DNA of 64,000 bases, taken from positions 27,368-91,367 of the forward strand of contig PBWV01000047.1 in assembly GCA_002728255.1 (NCBI GenBank). Direction: 5' to 3'. How positions within the stretch are numbered: position 1 is the first letter of the stretch; every line of letters starts with the position of its first letter. Shown here piece after piece: positions 21,365 to 32,145 of this stretch. A program made the translations under genes and the position numbers. The notes below the pieces were generated by a model. The model was not told the origin of the DNA and ran no database searches. It worked only from the letters and a program-made list of their open reading frames with translations. The DNA is from Rhodospirillaceae bacterium. Its GTDB lineage: Bacteria > Pseudomonadota > Alphaproteobacteria > UBA7887.

Positions 21365-22291
21365 ATGTCACAAATTAATGCCTCCCTAGTAAAAGAACTG
21401 AGGGAATTGACTAGTGCTGGGATGATGGACTGTAAGAAGGCACTTACGGAGACCCAAGGTGATATTGAGCAAGCCATAGATTGGTTAAGAAAGAAAGGAC
21501 TTTCATCTGCGGCGAAAAAGGCAGCCAGGGTGGCATCGGAAGGCTTAATAGCTTTGTCGCTACGGGATGGCGTGGGTTCAATGGTGGAAGTAAATTCAGA
21601 AACTGACTTTGTTGCGCGTAATGCTGAGTTTCAAGAATATGCGGTAAAAACGGCTGAGGTGGCGTTGACAAATGGCAAAGAAGTGGAAGTTCTTTCCGGG
21701 GCGCATTTTCCTGATTCGGGACGTTCTGTTGGCGAGGAACTGTTAGAGATGGTGGCAAGAATTGGGGAAAATATGGTTTTAAGAAGAAGCGCCCGACTGG
21801 AAGTGGAGCAGGGCGTTGTGGCAGGTTACTTGCATAACACAGTAGTGCCACATGCTGGTAAAATAGGGGTACTAGTTGGTCTCCAGTCTACTGCAGATAA
21901 GAATGCACTCAATGAGTTTGGGCGAAAGTTAGCTATGCATATCTGTGCAGCTCGTCCTATAGCTGTAAATAAAGACGCTATTGATGAAGTTTTGATAGAG
22001 AGAGAACGAGCGGTTCTCCGGGAACAAGCTCAAGGCAGTGGAAAGACTCCTCAAATAATAGAGAAAATGGTAGAAGGTCGGCTACGTAAATACTATGAGG
22101 AGGCCTCACTCGAAGATCAGACCTATGTTGTCGATGGAGAAACTAAAATTAAGAAAGTTGTTGAAAAATTTGAAAAGGAATCAGGGGTGGACGTCAGTAT
22201 TACTGAGTTTGTCCGATTTGAACTTGGCGAAGGAGTCGAGAAGGAGACAGAGGACTTTGCGGCAGAAGTTGCTGCGCAGATCAAGAAGTAG
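21365..22291 (+). CDS. tsf: Elongation factor Ts
   Basis: VKELRE.T.AGMMDCKKAL, EVNSETDFVARN, F..GEG.EK...DFAAEV. Confidence 0.98.
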   Translation: MSQINASLVKELRELTSAGMMDCKKALTETQGDIEQAIDWLRKKGLSSAAKKAARVASEGLIALSLRDGVGSMVEVNSETDFVARNAEFQEYAVKTAEVALTNGKEVEVLSGAHFPDSGRSVGEELLEMVARIGENMVLRRSARLEVEQGVVAGYLHNTVVPHAGKIGVLVGLQSTADKNALNEFGRKLAMHICAARPIAVNKDAIDEVLIERERAVLREQAQGSGKTPQIIEKMVEGRLRKYYEEASLEDQTYVVDGETKIKKVVEKFEKESGVDVSITEFVRFELGEGVEKETEDFAAEVAAQIKK

Positions 22292-22307
22292 ATACACTGC
22301 TCTGGTT

Positions 22308-22357
22308 TGGCAAAGTATTTTATGAAGGTTTTGGTAGTAAAACTTTATTTTTTGCCA
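22308..22357 (+). terminator. Long stem-loop downstream of tsf (possible terminator or processing site)
   Basis: Outer stem TGGCAAA/TTTGCCA, inner stem AAGGTTTT/AAAACTTT; no clear U-tail. Confidence 0.4.
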
Positions 22358-22436
22358 TCTTCCTGATGACTAAACCCGTTAGATCAATCTAGAAATGATT
22401 TTAGAAGACTCAATATGTTGATAGGATTGTAGACGA

Positions 22437-23186
22437 GTGTCCGCCTTAATGAAACGTCCCCTGAAAAAAGGCAAACCTAACCGGGTGTTGCTGAAAGTAT
22501 CCGGTGAATCCCTTATGGGGGAAAGAGATTTTGGCCTAGATTACGATTCCCTTCACAGGATTGCTGAAGATATTTTTGCGGTACACTCTACTGGTGTACA
22601 GGTGTGCCTAGTTGTTGGAGCAGGAAATATTTTTCGTGGATTATCTGGCTCGGAAATGGGGATAGAGCGCACTACTGCAGATGGCATGGGCATGTTGGCG
22701 ACTGTCATAAATTCCCTGGCAATGCAAAGTGTTCTCGAGGGGATTGGGGCGGATACACGGGTGCAATCGGCTATTCCTATAAATAGTATTTGTGAGCCAT
22801 ATATTCGACGAAAGGCAGTTCGGCATTTGACGAAAGGCAGGATAGTTATCTTTGCGGCCGGCACGGGTAATCCCTTTTTTACTACCGACACAGCAGCGGC
22901 GCTTCGTGCAGCTGAAATGTCGTGTGATCTCCTATTAAAGGGCACCCAAGTGGATGGGGTTTATACGAAAGATCCCAAACTAGAGCCATCTGCAGAAAGA
23001 TATGATAGACTTTCTTTTACCCGAGTACTGCGGGAAGACCTTAAAGTTATGGATGCTGCAGCTATTTCTTTGGCTAGGGACAACAACATTCCTATAATGA
23101 TTTTCTCGATACACGATAATGGTGCGTTTAAGGAAATTATTGATGGAAATGGTAAATTTACATTGATAGATGGTTCAACTGAGTAA
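22437..23186 (+). CDS. pyrH: UMP kinase
   Basis: [40 protein letters not shown]; alternative start ATG 22449. Confidence 0.96.
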   Translation: MSALMKRPLKKGKPNRVLLKVSGESLMGERDFGLDYDSLHRIAEDIFAVHSTGVQVCLVVGAGNIFRGLSGSEMGIERTTADGMGMLATVINSLAMQSVLEGIGADTRVQSAIPINSICEPYIRRKAVRHLTKGRIVIFAAGTGNPFFTTDTAAALRAAEMSCDLLLKGTQVDGVYTKDPKLEPSAERYDRLSFTRVLREDLKVMDAAAISLARDNNIPIMIFSIHDNGAFKEIIDGNGKFTLIDGSTE

Positions 23187-23202
23187 TCGGGAGAAATCTG
23201 TT

Positions 23203-23760
23203 ATGTCTGATTTCGAAATAGATGATTTAGGGAGGCGAATGCAGGGAGCAATTGCTGTTTTTGTCGAGGAACTACAGGGACTACGCACGGGGCGTGCCTC
23301 CGTAGGGTTGCTCGAGCCAATAGTAGTTGAAGCCTATGGAAGTAGTACGCCTTTGAGTCAAGTGGCTACGATAAGCGCTCCCGAGCCTCGTCTATTAACA
23401 GTCCAAGTATGGGATAAAACCTTGGTTAAGGCCGTGGAGACGGGTATTTTGTCAGGAAATTTGGGTGTGAACCCTGTTTCAGAGGGGCAACTGATTAGAG
23501 TTCCAATACCAGAGCTCACGGAGGAACGAAGGAAAGAGTTGGCAAAAATCGCGCATCAATATGCAGAACAAGCCCGTATTTCAGTTCGTAATGTACGGAG
23601 AGACGGGATGGATATTCTAAAAAAAGAGGAGCGCTCAGGGATCATATCCAAGGATGAGCATCATACGATTTCTGCTGAAGTCCAGAAACTCACAGACACA
23701 AATATTGCTAAAGTGACCGAGCTTTTGGAAAGTAAAGAGCAAGAGATCTTGCAGGTCTAG
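23203..23760 (+). CDS. frr: Ribosome recycling factor
   Basis: [26 protein letters not shown]; start at 23203 follows a GGAGA SD. Confidence 0.96.
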   Translation: MSDFEIDDLGRRMQGAIAVFVEELQGLRTGRASVGLLEPIVVEAYGSSTPLSQVATISAPEPRLLTVQVWDKTLVKAVETGILSGNLGVNPVSEGQLIRVPIPELTEERRKELAKIAHQYAEQARISVRNVRRDGMDILKKEERSGIISKDEHHTISAEVQKLTDTNIAKVTELLESKEQEILQV

Positions 23761-23764
23761 TAGA

Positions 23765-24496
23765 ATGGCTGTTCCAGCCCATGAGGATGAGTCTCGTCTA
23801 CCTCGACACGTAGCCATAATTATGGATGGGAATGGTCGATGGGCTACAAGAAATTCGCTTCCCAGATCTGCTGGTCATCGCAAGGGAGCACAAACAGTAC
23901 AAATGGCAGTGGAAGTATGCTGCCGACTTGGGATTTCATATCTGACCCTATTTGCGTTTTCTTCGGAGAATTGGAAGAGACCAAAGAGTGAAGTTCAAAC
24001 TCTCATGGGTCTTCTGCGTTTTTACTTGCGGGATGAAATTGATAAATTATCTGACTCCGGTGTTCGACTGAAAGTTATAGGTGAAAAAAAGAGACTTGAA
24101 GGGGATATCCAAAAATTAATTCGCTCTGCTGAGAATCGTACAAAAAGAAATAATAAACTTAATCTTACGGTTGCCCTCGATTATGGCGGAAGACAGGAAA
24201 TCATGAGGGCGGTAAAAAGTATTGTCGCAGATGTTGCTGTTGAGAAATTTGATATAGATAATCTTGATGAGAAAAAATTTGAAACTTATCTTGAAACTGT
24301 AGGAATCCCCGAACCAGATTTGCTGATTAGAACAAGTGGGGAACGCAGAATAAGTAACTTTCTTTTATGGCAGTCTGCCTATTCTGAACTCGTATTTGTT
24401 GACACCCTTTGGCCAGATTTTGAAGAGCGAGACTTTTTGTTAGCTATCAAGGAGTTTTCGGAGAGAGATCGGCGTTATGGTGGGACCAGAAGTTAA
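23765..24496 (+). CDS. uppS: Undecaprenyl diphosphate synthase (isoprenyl transferase)
   Basis: PRHVAIIMDGNGRWA, FSSENWKRP, DLLIRTSGE.RISNFLLWQ. Confidence 0.96.
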   Translation: MAVPAHEDESRLPRHVAIIMDGNGRWATRNSLPRSAGHRKGAQTVQMAVEVCCRLGISYLTLFAFSSENWKRPKSEVQTLMGLLRFYLRDEIDKLSDSGVRLKVIGEKKRLEGDIQKLIRSAENRTKRNNKLNLTVALDYGGRQEIMRAVKSIVADVAVEKFDIDNLDEKKFETYLETVGIPEPDLLIRTSGERRISNFLLWQSAYSELVFVDTLWPDFEERDFLLAIKEFSERDRRYGGTRS

Positions 24497-25304
24497 CTTG
24501 AAATTTTCACGAAACCTTCAACTGCGGCTTTTCTCGGCAGTTTGTATATTGCCAATTCCAATTTTGGTGATATGGAATGGTTCATGGATATTTGCTATTT
24601 TTGTAGGCCTTCTAGGAAACTTCCTGATGCGAGAGTGGAATAGATTGATTGGACTAGGCCAGATAACTAGCATTAGTTATGTCGGCCCGGCTTTGTTGGG
24701 GTTATCTATTTTGGTATTTTGGTCGTCTAATCTTTGGATGGCTTTTCTTTGCGTAGTTGGGGCGGTTTTTGTTAACTTTTTGGTTGGAATTAGAAATAAT
24801 TGTAGCAAGGTTTTGAGCCTCTTGGGGTCAATTTATGTATTCTTACCTTGCGCCTGTGTTATTTGGATACGGGAATTTCCGCAGATAGGCTTGGCACTAA
24901 TGTTTTGGTTGCTTATTGTTGTTTGCTCGACAGATACGGGCGCTTATTTCTTTGGGAAAATGGTGGGTGGTCCCAGGCTTGCGCCACGAATCAGCCCTGG
25001 TAAAACATGGGCGGGACTACTCGGAGGGGTGATTTGTGCTGGTCTCTTTGGAACACTGTTTGGAGTGCTTTGGTATGACTTTCCTATGGCGCTAAAGCTT
25101 TGGGAGTGGACAGGGCTTGCTATCCTAGTAGCAGGAGCAGCACAAATAGGAGATCTCGTTGAATCTTGGCTGAAACGACAGATGGGTGTTAAAGACAGTG
25201 GTAAAAGTATTCCCGGACATGGGGGACTACTAGATAGACTAGATGGTTTTATGGTGAGTGCGCCAGTATTTACGGCCATGATGTTACTCATTGATTTAGA
25301 CTGA
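24477..25304 (+). CDS. cdsA: Phosphatidate cytidylyltransferase
   Basis: DTGAYFFG, ISPGKTW.G, GDLVES..KR..GVKDSG..IPGHGG.LDRLD; start may be TTG 24498. Confidence 0.95.
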   Translation: MVGPEVNLKFSRNLQLRLFSAVCILPIPILVIWNGSWIFAIFVGLLGNFLMREWNRLIGLGQITSISYVGPALLGLSILVFWSSNLWMAFLCVVGAVFVNFLVGIRNNCSKVLSLLGSIYVFLPCACVIWIREFPQIGLALMFWLLIVVCSTDTGAYFFGKMVGGPRLAPRISPGKTWAGLLGGVICAGLFGTLFGVLWYDFPMALKLWEWTGLAILVAGAAQIGDLVESWLKRQMGVKDSGKSIPGHGGLLDRLDGFMVSAPVFTAMMLLIDLD

Positions 25305-25321
25305 CTGATTGCCACAAAAGT

Positions 25322-26494
25322 ATGAACAAGCAGGAAGAACCGCGAACAATAAGTATTTTAGGCTCAACGGGGTCAATTGGCTCCGACACAATCTCTGTAT
25401 TACAGTCTACATCGACTAAGTACCGCGTACTGGCCATTACCGCCCATGAAAGCGTTGAGTTGTTGGCTCAACAGGCGTATGCGTTAGAACCAGAATTTGT
25501 AGTAATTGCTAATAAGGAGAAATATCGTGAGCTAAAAAGACTCTTATCGGGCACCAAAAGTAGGTTAGGTGCGGGGGATGAGGGGTTGCTCGAGGCCGCG
25601 TCTCTTAAAACTAACTGGACCATGGCGGCTATAGTGGGAGCGGCAGGATTAAAACCAGTATTAACAACAATTGCCCATGGTGGAACCGTCGCGCTTGCCA
25701 ATAAAGAAAGTTTGGTTTGTGCAGGAGAATTATTGGCTTTTGAGGCAAAAAAAAGTGGGGCAACTTTGTTGCCTGTGGATTCCGAACATAATGGGGTTTT
25801 TCAAAGCTTTGATTTCAACAATCCGGAAAGCGTCGAAAAGATATACCTTACGGCGTCTGGAGGACCTTTCTTAGATTGTAACAAGGATGATTTGCAACGT
25901 GTAACCCCGGAGCAAGCAGTGAAACATCCCAATTGGGACATGGGTCCAAAAATATCGGTGGATTCCGCGACTATGATGAATAAGGCTTTGGAAGTGATAG
26001 AGGCCTTTCACTTATTTCCTATTAATATCAATCAAATATCTGTTTTAATTCATCCGGAATCTATCATCCATAGCATGGTCTCCTACTGGGATGGTTCGTT
26101 TCTTGCCCATCTTGGGAATCCCGACATGAAGATCCCAATCGCTTATGCGTTGAGTTGGCCCAGAAGGATGCCGTTAAGGGGGTCCAGGCTGGATATTACC
26201 GATGTAGGAAAACTAACGTTCCGCCGAGCATCCCAACAGCAATTCCCTGCCTTGCGACTAGCCAATGAGGTATTGGAGGAGGGGGGAGGGTCCGCGATAG
26301 TAATGAATGCTGCCAACGAAGTAGCAGTGCAGGCTTTTCTCCAATACGAAATATCTTTTATATCAATTCTTAAGATAGTTGAGGCTAGTCTGGCAAGAAT
26401 TCAGTATAATAAAGCTGACAGCATAGAAGAAATCATGTCCATAGATAATGAGGCCCGTCGCATGGCACGGAATCTGATAGCTGCTCTAGACTGA
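25322..26494 (+). CDS. dxr: 1-deoxy-D-xylulose-5-phosphate reductoisomerase
   Basis: LGSTGSIG, LANKESLV, LPVDSEH, LTASGGPF, HPNW.MG.KISVDSATMMNK. Confidence 0.97.
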   Translation: MNKQEEPRTISILGSTGSIGSDTISVLQSTSTKYRVLAITAHESVELLAQQAYALEPEFVVIANKEKYRELKRLLSGTKSRLGAGDEGLLEAASLKTNWTMAAIVGAAGLKPVLTTIAHGGTVALANKESLVCAGELLAFEAKKSGATLLPVDSEHNGVFQSFDFNNPESVEKIYLTASGGPFLDCNKDDLQRVTPEQAVKHPNWDMGPKISVDSATMMNKALEVIEAFHLFPININQISVLIHPESIIHSMVSYWDGSFLAHLGNPDMKIPIAYALSWPRRMPLRGSRLDITDVGKLTFRRASQQQFPALRLANEVLEEGGGSAIVMNAANEVAVQAFLQYEISFISILKIVEASLARIQYNKADSIEEIMSIDNEARRMARNLIAALD

Positions 26495-26528
26495 TGAGCA
26501 AAATAGACCCGTTGGAGGAAAATAGCTT

Positions 26529-27668
26529 ATGGAGCTAATGACTGGTTTTGCCCACAATATTTTTTGGTTTTTGGTGGTTTTGACCCTGGTAGTTTTCATT
26601 CATGAGCTCGGTCACTATTCTGTAGCAAAAATGTGTGGAGTGAAGGTTGAGGTTTTTTCAGTTGGATTTGGGCGGGAAATTTTTGGCGTAACGGATAAAG
26701 CTGGAACTCGATGGAAATTCAGTTTCCTCCCACTTGGGGGGTACGTAAAATTTTATGGCGATTTAGGTTATTCGGGAGAGAAAGATCAGTCAGCAGATGC
26801 GGAAATGAGCGATGAAGAGCGCAAACTATCGTTCCATTACAAATCTCTCGGACAGAAAAGTGCAATTGTGGCCGCCGGCCCATTAGCCAATTTGTTGTTA
26901 GCGGTAGTGATCTCGACCTTAATTTTCTCGGTAGTGGGAAGGTCCTATACTCCGCCTGTAATTGATGTGGTAATGGAAGGAAGCGTTGCTGATTTGTCTG
27001 GTATTCAGCCTGGTGACCGCATAGTGAAAATAGGGAATAAGAAAATAAATCGATTTGAGGAAGTTCAACAAGTCGTAATGTTCAATCCTGGAAAGATGCT
27101 AGATTTCACAATAGATCGGGAAGGAAAGCTAATTTTTCTTCCTGTCGCCCCGGCCCGTTCAGAGTTCGTGGATCCTATTACAGGCAATACTCATGAGATC
27201 GGATTATTGGGGGTAAGCGTGGATGGCCGAGAGGTAGAGAAAGTATCTTTCGCGGCATCTGTTGTTGAGGCGGTTACCCACACCTACTCCATTTCAATTC
27301 AAACGTTACAAGGAATTGGACAAATTATTACACTTACAAGGAGTGCAAAGGAACTTGGTGGTCCAATTTTGATTGCCCAGTTGTCTGGAGCTCAGGCTGC
27401 CAACGGCCCGGTTTCATTTTTTGGATTCGTCGTAGTTTTGTCGATTACCCTTGGGCTAATAAACTTTTTTCCTATCCCGATGTTAGATGGAGGGCATTTG
27501 TTATTTTATTTTGTGGAATTGGTTCGTGGGAAACCACTGGGGGCAAGAATCCAGGAATATTTTTTTAGAATGGGTTTTGCCATTGTTATCATGATAATGG
27601 CGTTTGCTATTTTTAATGACCTTTCTCGACCCAACGTTGTTGAGTTTTTTTCTCAGATAATTAGTTGA
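26529..27668 (+). CDS. rseP: RIP metalloprotease RseP
   Basis: HELGH zinc motif, PLGGYVK, AAGPLAN, one PDZ-like region, NFFPIPMLDGG. Confidence 0.95.
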   Translation: MELMTGFAHNIFWFLVVLTLVVFIHELGHYSVAKMCGVKVEVFSVGFGREIFGVTDKAGTRWKFSFLPLGGYVKFYGDLGYSGEKDQSADAEMSDEERKLSFHYKSLGQKSAIVAAGPLANLLLAVVISTLIFSVVGRSYTPPVIDVVMEGSVADLSGIQPGDRIVKIGNKKINRFEEVQQVVMFNPGKMLDFTIDREGKLIFLPVAPARSEFVDPITGNTHEIGLLGVSVDGREVEKVSFAASVVEAVTHTYSISIQTLQGIGQIITLTRSAKELGGPILIAQLSGAQAANGPVSFFGFVVVLSITLGLINFFPIPMLDGGHLLFYFVELVRGKPLGARIQEYFFRMGFAIVIMIMAFAIFNDLSRPNVVEFFSQIIS

Positions 27669-27669
27669 T

Positions 27670-30000
27670 TTGTGTATGTTTGGATTAGTCGTTGTGAGAA
27701 GACTTAAGATTGTGTCAAGATTGCGGAAAAGCATTCTTTCTTTAGCCATGAGTTTTGGTCTATTAGGAATTATACTTCCGCCTATAGCTGCCCAGGATGA
27801 ACAAGTAGGTGTTATTCAAGGTATCACCATATTGGGCAATCAAAGGATAGAACGCTCTACTATAATGTCATACATTTCAGTGACTAAAGGATCAACTTTT
27901 GATCCCGTATTAATCGACCGCTCGCTGAAAGACCTTTTTGCTACAGGCTTGTTTGCTGATGTCAACATCGCTCGCGAGGGACAAACGCTGATCATAAATA
28001 TTAGCGAAAACCCCATAATTAATCGAATAGTATTTGAAGGCAATAAACGAATAAAAGATTCTACGCTAGAGGCAGAGGTCAGCCTGCGTCCCCGAGTGGT
28101 TTATACTCGAACTAAGATTCAGAAAGACCTTACGAGATTGCTCCAGCTATACAGGAGCTCCGGCAGATTCTCCGCACGGATTGAACCACGAATTATTGAG
28201 CTTGAACAGAACCGGGTTGATCTAGTGTATGAAATTGTTGAAGGCGAACAGACTGGTATTCAGCGCATTATCTTTGTAGGGAACAAAAATTTTAGCAATA
28301 GAAAGCTGAGAGAAGTAATTCGAACAAAAGAAACACGCTGGTGGCGTTTTCTATCCACTGACGATACTTACGATCCGGATCGGATTAACTTTGACGGAGA
28401 ACTTCTACGCAGGTTTTACCTCAACAATGGTTTCGCAGATTTCCAGGTGAAAACCTCAATCTCAGAATTAACTGATGATAAGAGCGGTTTTTTTGTAACC
28501 TTCGTATTGGATGAAGGACGTCGATACAAGATTGACGATATCACTATTAACACCTCCTTAGAAGAAGTGGAAACCTTTCCATTACGACGCTTGGTCAAGA
28601 CCAAAAAGGGCGATTGGTATAACTTTGATGCGGTGGAATCGAGTATCCAAGAATTAACCAAGGTGATAGGGGAGCAAGGACACGCTTTTGTTGAGGTGCT
28701 GCCTCGCGTCGAACGGAATCGTGTTGCGGGCACAATTTCAATTGCATACGACGTAGGTGAAGGCCAGAGGGTATATGTAGAACGAGTGGAGATAACTGGA
28801 AATGTTAGAACTCTTGATCGAGTAATTCGTAGAAATGTGCGGATAGCGGAGGGTGATGCATTCAATGCGGCTAAGGTCAGGCGCTCTAAACAGTTGATTG
28901 AAGAATTAGGTTTTTTCAAAAATGTTGATATTCAACATACATCGGGATCAACCCCCGATAGGTCCGAACTTAAGATACATGTGCAGGAACAATCCACTGG
29001 AGAACTAACATTTGGCGCTGGGGTGTCGAGTGATAGTGGGCTAATCGGTTCTGCTGGAATTAGAGAAAAAAATTTATTAGGGCGTGGTCAAAACTTAAGC
29101 TTACAATTTCAAATCTCGGGTTTAGATCAAAATATTGAAGCAAGCCTTGACGAACCATATTTCTTAAACCGAGAGGTATCCGCAGGCTTTGATGTTTATA
29201 AGACGAAAAGAGAGTTTAGAGAAAGCTCTTTTAACAGAGACCTTTTAGGTTTTGGGATTCGTGCTAGCTATCCCCTTGGTGAATTTCTGTATCAGCAAGT
29301 GCGCTATGGCTTGAGAAATGAGGAAATTATTCCCTCACTTTTAGCTAGCAGCGTTGTTATTGAAAATGCTGGAGAGTCGATAGTTTCAACCTTAGGACAA
29401 TCGATTTTTTATAAGGAGTTAGATAACAAAATTAATCCAAAAGAAGGCTATTTTATTGGCTTAGTCTCAGATTTAGCTGGACTGGGAGGAGACCGGAAAT
29501 GGCTGAGGAACAAGATTGAGGCCGGAGTATACAAAAAGCTATGGACGGAGGATTGGATAGGTTCGTTAACCGGCGAAATTGGCCTCATAAATGGCTTTTC
29601 AGGAGAAAGAATATCGATTTCGGATCGGTTTTTTCTAGGAGGCCAAAATTTTAGAGGTTTTAAGTCAGGGGGGGTGGGGCCTCGCGATATAAGTACCGAT
29701 AATACTGTGGGTGGAAATCTGCTATACCAGACTACTGCTCAGATGTCTGTTCCATTGGGCTTACCAAGGGAACTGGGTCTAAGCGGCCGAGCCTTTACCA
29801 CTTTTGGTAGTTTAACCAAGGTTGATGAGGCTAGTTCGGCATTTTTACAAGATACAGGAAGTCTTCGGGCTTCAGTCGGAGTAGGATTGGCATGGGACTC
29901 GCCATTTGGACCAATAAGTCTAAACTATGCCCGTCCAGTTCTTAGTGAAACATTTGATGAGACAGAATACATATCTTTTGGAATTGGCTCTTTGTATTAA
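27670..30000 (+). CDS. bamA: Outer membrane protein assembly factor BamA
   Basis: POTRA repeats (GNQRIE, GNKRIKD, GNVRTLDRVIRR), NLLGRGQ, RGF loop motif, W.SPFGP; true start uncertain (27670/27676/27748). Confidence 0.95.
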   Translation: MCMFGLVVVRRLKIVSRLRKSILSLAMSFGLLGIILPPIAAQDEQVGVIQGITILGNQRIERSTIMSYISVTKGSTFDPVLIDRSLKDLFATGLFADVNIAREGQTLIINISENPIINRIVFEGNKRIKDSTLEAEVSLRPRVVYTRTKIQKDLTRLLQLYRSSGRFSARIEPRIIELEQNRVDLVYEIVEGEQTGIQRIIFVGNKNFSNRKLREVIRTKETRWWRFLSTDDTYDPDRINFDGELLRRFYLNNGFADFQVKTSISELTDDKSGFFVTFVLDEGRRYKIDDITINTSLEEVETFPLRRLVKTKKGDWYNFDAVESSIQELTKVIGEQGHAFVEVLPRVERNRVAGTISIAYDVGEGQRVYVERVEITGNVRTLDRVIRRNVRIAEGDAFNAAKVRRSKQLIEELGFFKNVDIQHTSGSTPDRSELKIHVQEQSTGELTFGAGVSSDSGLIGSAGIREKNLLGRGQNLSLQFQISGLDQNIEASLDEPYFLNREVSAGFDVYKTKREFRESSFNRDLLGFGIRASYPLGEFLYQQVRYGLRNEEIIPSLLASSVVIENAGESIVSTLGQSIFYKELDNKINPKEGYFIGLVSDLAGLGGDRKWLRNKIEAGVYKKLWTEDWIGSLTGEIGLINGFSGERISISDRFFLGGQNFRGFKSGGVGPRDISTDNTVGGNLLYQTTAQMSVPLGLPRELGLSGRAFTTFGSLTKVDEASSAFLQDTGSLRASVGVGLAWDSPFGPISLNYARPVLSETFDETEYISFGIGSLY

Positions 30001-30028
30001 TGGTCGGCTTTATAGGAACAAGGATATA

Positions 30029-30619
30029 ATGATCATACATTTTCTGAATTCTTACCGTTTTTTTTTCATACTAACCCTTCTATGCCTTAATTTTTCTGGG
30101 AGTAAGGTGTCTGCACAGGAAGAGAATACAGTTGAACCTAAGGTTCGAATTGGCGTTGTGGATAGACAGAAGATCATGCAGGATTCTCTTGCTGGTGAGA
30201 GCGTGCGTAAAGAGTTTGAAGCTATGGAGAAGGCTTATCGCGAAGAAATTGGTGCTAGGGAAAATGAATTAAGAGCTCAACAGGAGGAGTTGGGCAGGCA
30301 ACGTGCTATTCTTACTCCTGAGGCTTATTCTGAGCGAGAAAATGAGTTTGCAACTCTTGTGGAAGGCTTACAACGCGATGTTGCGAAAATAAATAAACAG
30401 CTTGATGCTATGCTCCAGTACGGCATGAGGCAGATAGATATACAAACTATACAAATAATCGCAGAAATAGCGGAAGCAAAAGGCTACACTCTAGTCTTGG
30501 ACAAGACACAATTATTGATGGTCAATACAGACTATGAGTTTTCACAGGAAGTTTTAACGGTGTTGAATGCCCGTTTACCAGTGGTCGAAATAACTCTTAT
30601 AGAGGAGACCGCGGAGTAG
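30029..30619 (+). CDS. skp: OmpH/Skp family periplasmic chaperone
   Basis: Signal-peptide-like N-terminus, IGVVD..I...S.AG, coiled coil, GYTLVLD; lies between bamA and lpxD; start follows an AGGA SD. Confidence 0.85.
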   Translation: MIIHFLNSYRFFFILTLLCLNFSGSKVSAQEENTVEPKVRIGVVDRQKIMQDSLAGESVRKEFEAMEKAYREEIGARENELRAQQEELGRQRAILTPEAYSERENEFATLVEGLQRDVAKINKQLDAMLQYGMRQIDIQTIQIIAEIAEAKGYTLVLDKTQLLMVNTDYEFSQEVLTVLNARLPVVEITLIEETAE

Positions 30620-30632
30620 CGGTGTCAACAAA

Positions 30633-31667
30633 GTGACCATCCAAAATTCTAAAACCTTGGGCCCATTTTCACTGAACGAGATCTGTCATGAGATTGGTGC
30701 CGTGCTGTCAGATTCAAGAAAGGGCTCCGAACTCATAAAAGGTGTAGCTTCTCTCCAAACAGCAACAAGGGAAGAAGTTAGTTTTCTAGAAAATCGCAAG
30801 TATTATAAGTATTTTTGCAATACTCGGGCTAATGCCGTAATCGTGCACCGAAAGGTCCCAAGAGCAGCCCCAAAAGGGGTCACGTTACTCTTTTCAGATA
30901 ATCCACAGAAAGCGTTCGCCTTGGTTAGTCGAATGTTTCACCCATTAGAAGAACCGCTGAATCCTGGAGTAGATGCCGGAGCTTGGCTTCATCAAGATTG
31001 TCTGATAGGAAAAGGCAGCGAGATTCAAAATGGCGCTAAAATTTACGAGAGAGTGCAAATCGGTAAAAATTGTTTAATCGGTGCAAATACCATTATCGGA
31101 AAAGATGTAATCATTGGGGATGACTGCTATATAAAATCAAATGTTACTGTTTCCCATTGTCATATGGGAAACGGCGTTAGTGTCTTTCCAGGCGCAAGAA
31201 TTGGACAACCTGGTTTTGGATTTGCCATGGAAGCTTCAGGTCATACCCAGGTTCCCCAGATAGGTAAAGTGGTTATAGGAAATAATGTGCGTATCGGAGC
31301 TAATACGACAATTGATCGAGGAGCTTTAAGGGATACTATTATAGGTGATGGCTGCATGATAGATAATTTGGTGCAAATCGGCCATAACGTTCAATTGGGG
31401 AGCAACTGTGTTTTAGCTGGTCAAGCTGGCGTGGCTGGCAGTACCATATTAGGAGATTTTGTTGTTGTTGGTGGCCAAACTGCTATCGCTGGACACATAA
31501 ACTTGGGAAACGGGGTGACAATAGCGGGAAAATCGGGGGTAACCCGTGACCTTAAAGGGCCTGGCATTTTTGGAGGTATTCCAGCTGTACCAATTCGGCA
31601 ATGGCGCAGACAGGTGGGTATGTTGAGTAATTTGGTTAAGCGCCGACTTAAAAGGGGGCGGATATGA
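30633..31667 (+). CDS. lpxD: UDP-3-O-(3-hydroxyacyl)glucosamine N-acyltransferase
   Basis: Hexapeptide repeats, IGQPGFGF, GANTTIDRG, IDNLVQIGHNV. Confidence 0.95.
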   Translation: MTIQNSKTLGPFSLNEICHEIGAVLSDSRKGSELIKGVASLQTATREEVSFLENRKYYKYFCNTRANAVIVHRKVPRAAPKGVTLLFSDNPQKAFALVSRMFHPLEEPLNPGVDAGAWLHQDCLIGKGSEIQNGAKIYERVQIGKNCLIGANTIIGKDVIIGDDCYIKSNVTVSHCHMGNGVSVFPGARIGQPGFGFAMEASGHTQVPQIGKVVIGNNVRIGANTTIDRGALRDTIIGDGCMIDNLVQIGHNVQLGSNCVLAGQAGVAGSTILGDFVVVGGQTAIAGHINLGNGVTIAGKSGVTRDLKGPGIFGGIPAVPIRQWRRQVGMLSNLVKRRLKRGRI

Positions 31668-32143
31668 AAGATAATAAAGGCGCCGAGCTGCAGCAAACAA
31701 TCGATGTTAGCCAAATCATGTCGATGATCCCTCATCGTTACCCATTTTTGCTCGTTGATCGAATTTGTGAAATCCGGGCTGACCATAGTGCCATAGGCCT
31801 AAAAAATGTGACCTACAATGAGCCTTTCTTTCAAGGACACTTTCCTGTTGCACCGGTTATGCCAGGTGTTTTGATTATTGAATCAATGGCTCAGACATCT
31901 GCTTTGTTGGTTGTTCATACTCTGGGGGGAGATGCCAATGGAAAGCTTGTATATTTTATGAGTATCGACGGCGCACGTTTCAGGAAACCCGTGGTCCCAG
32001 GTGATCAACTTTTGATTCATGCCGTTAAGCGAAGAAACCGTGGTAATGTTTGGAAGTTATTCTGTGAAGCCAAAGTAGCTGAAACGCTGGTGGCGGAGGC
32101 AATAATTACGGCTATGATATCAGACGAAGAGGTTAAGCGGTAA
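31664..32143 (+). CDS. fabZ: 3-hydroxyacyl-ACP dehydratase
   Basis: IPHRYPFLLVDR, NEPFFQGHFP..PVMPGVLIIESMAQ. Confidence 0.97.
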   Translation: MKDNKGAELQQTIDVSQIMSMIPHRYPFLLVDRICEIRADHSAIGLKNVTYNEPFFQGHFPVAPVMPGVLIIESMAQTSALLVVHTLGGDANGKLVYFMSIDGARFRKPVVPGDQLLIHAVKRRNRGNVWKLFCEAKVAETLVAEAIITAMISDEEVKR

Positions 32144-32145
32144 AA

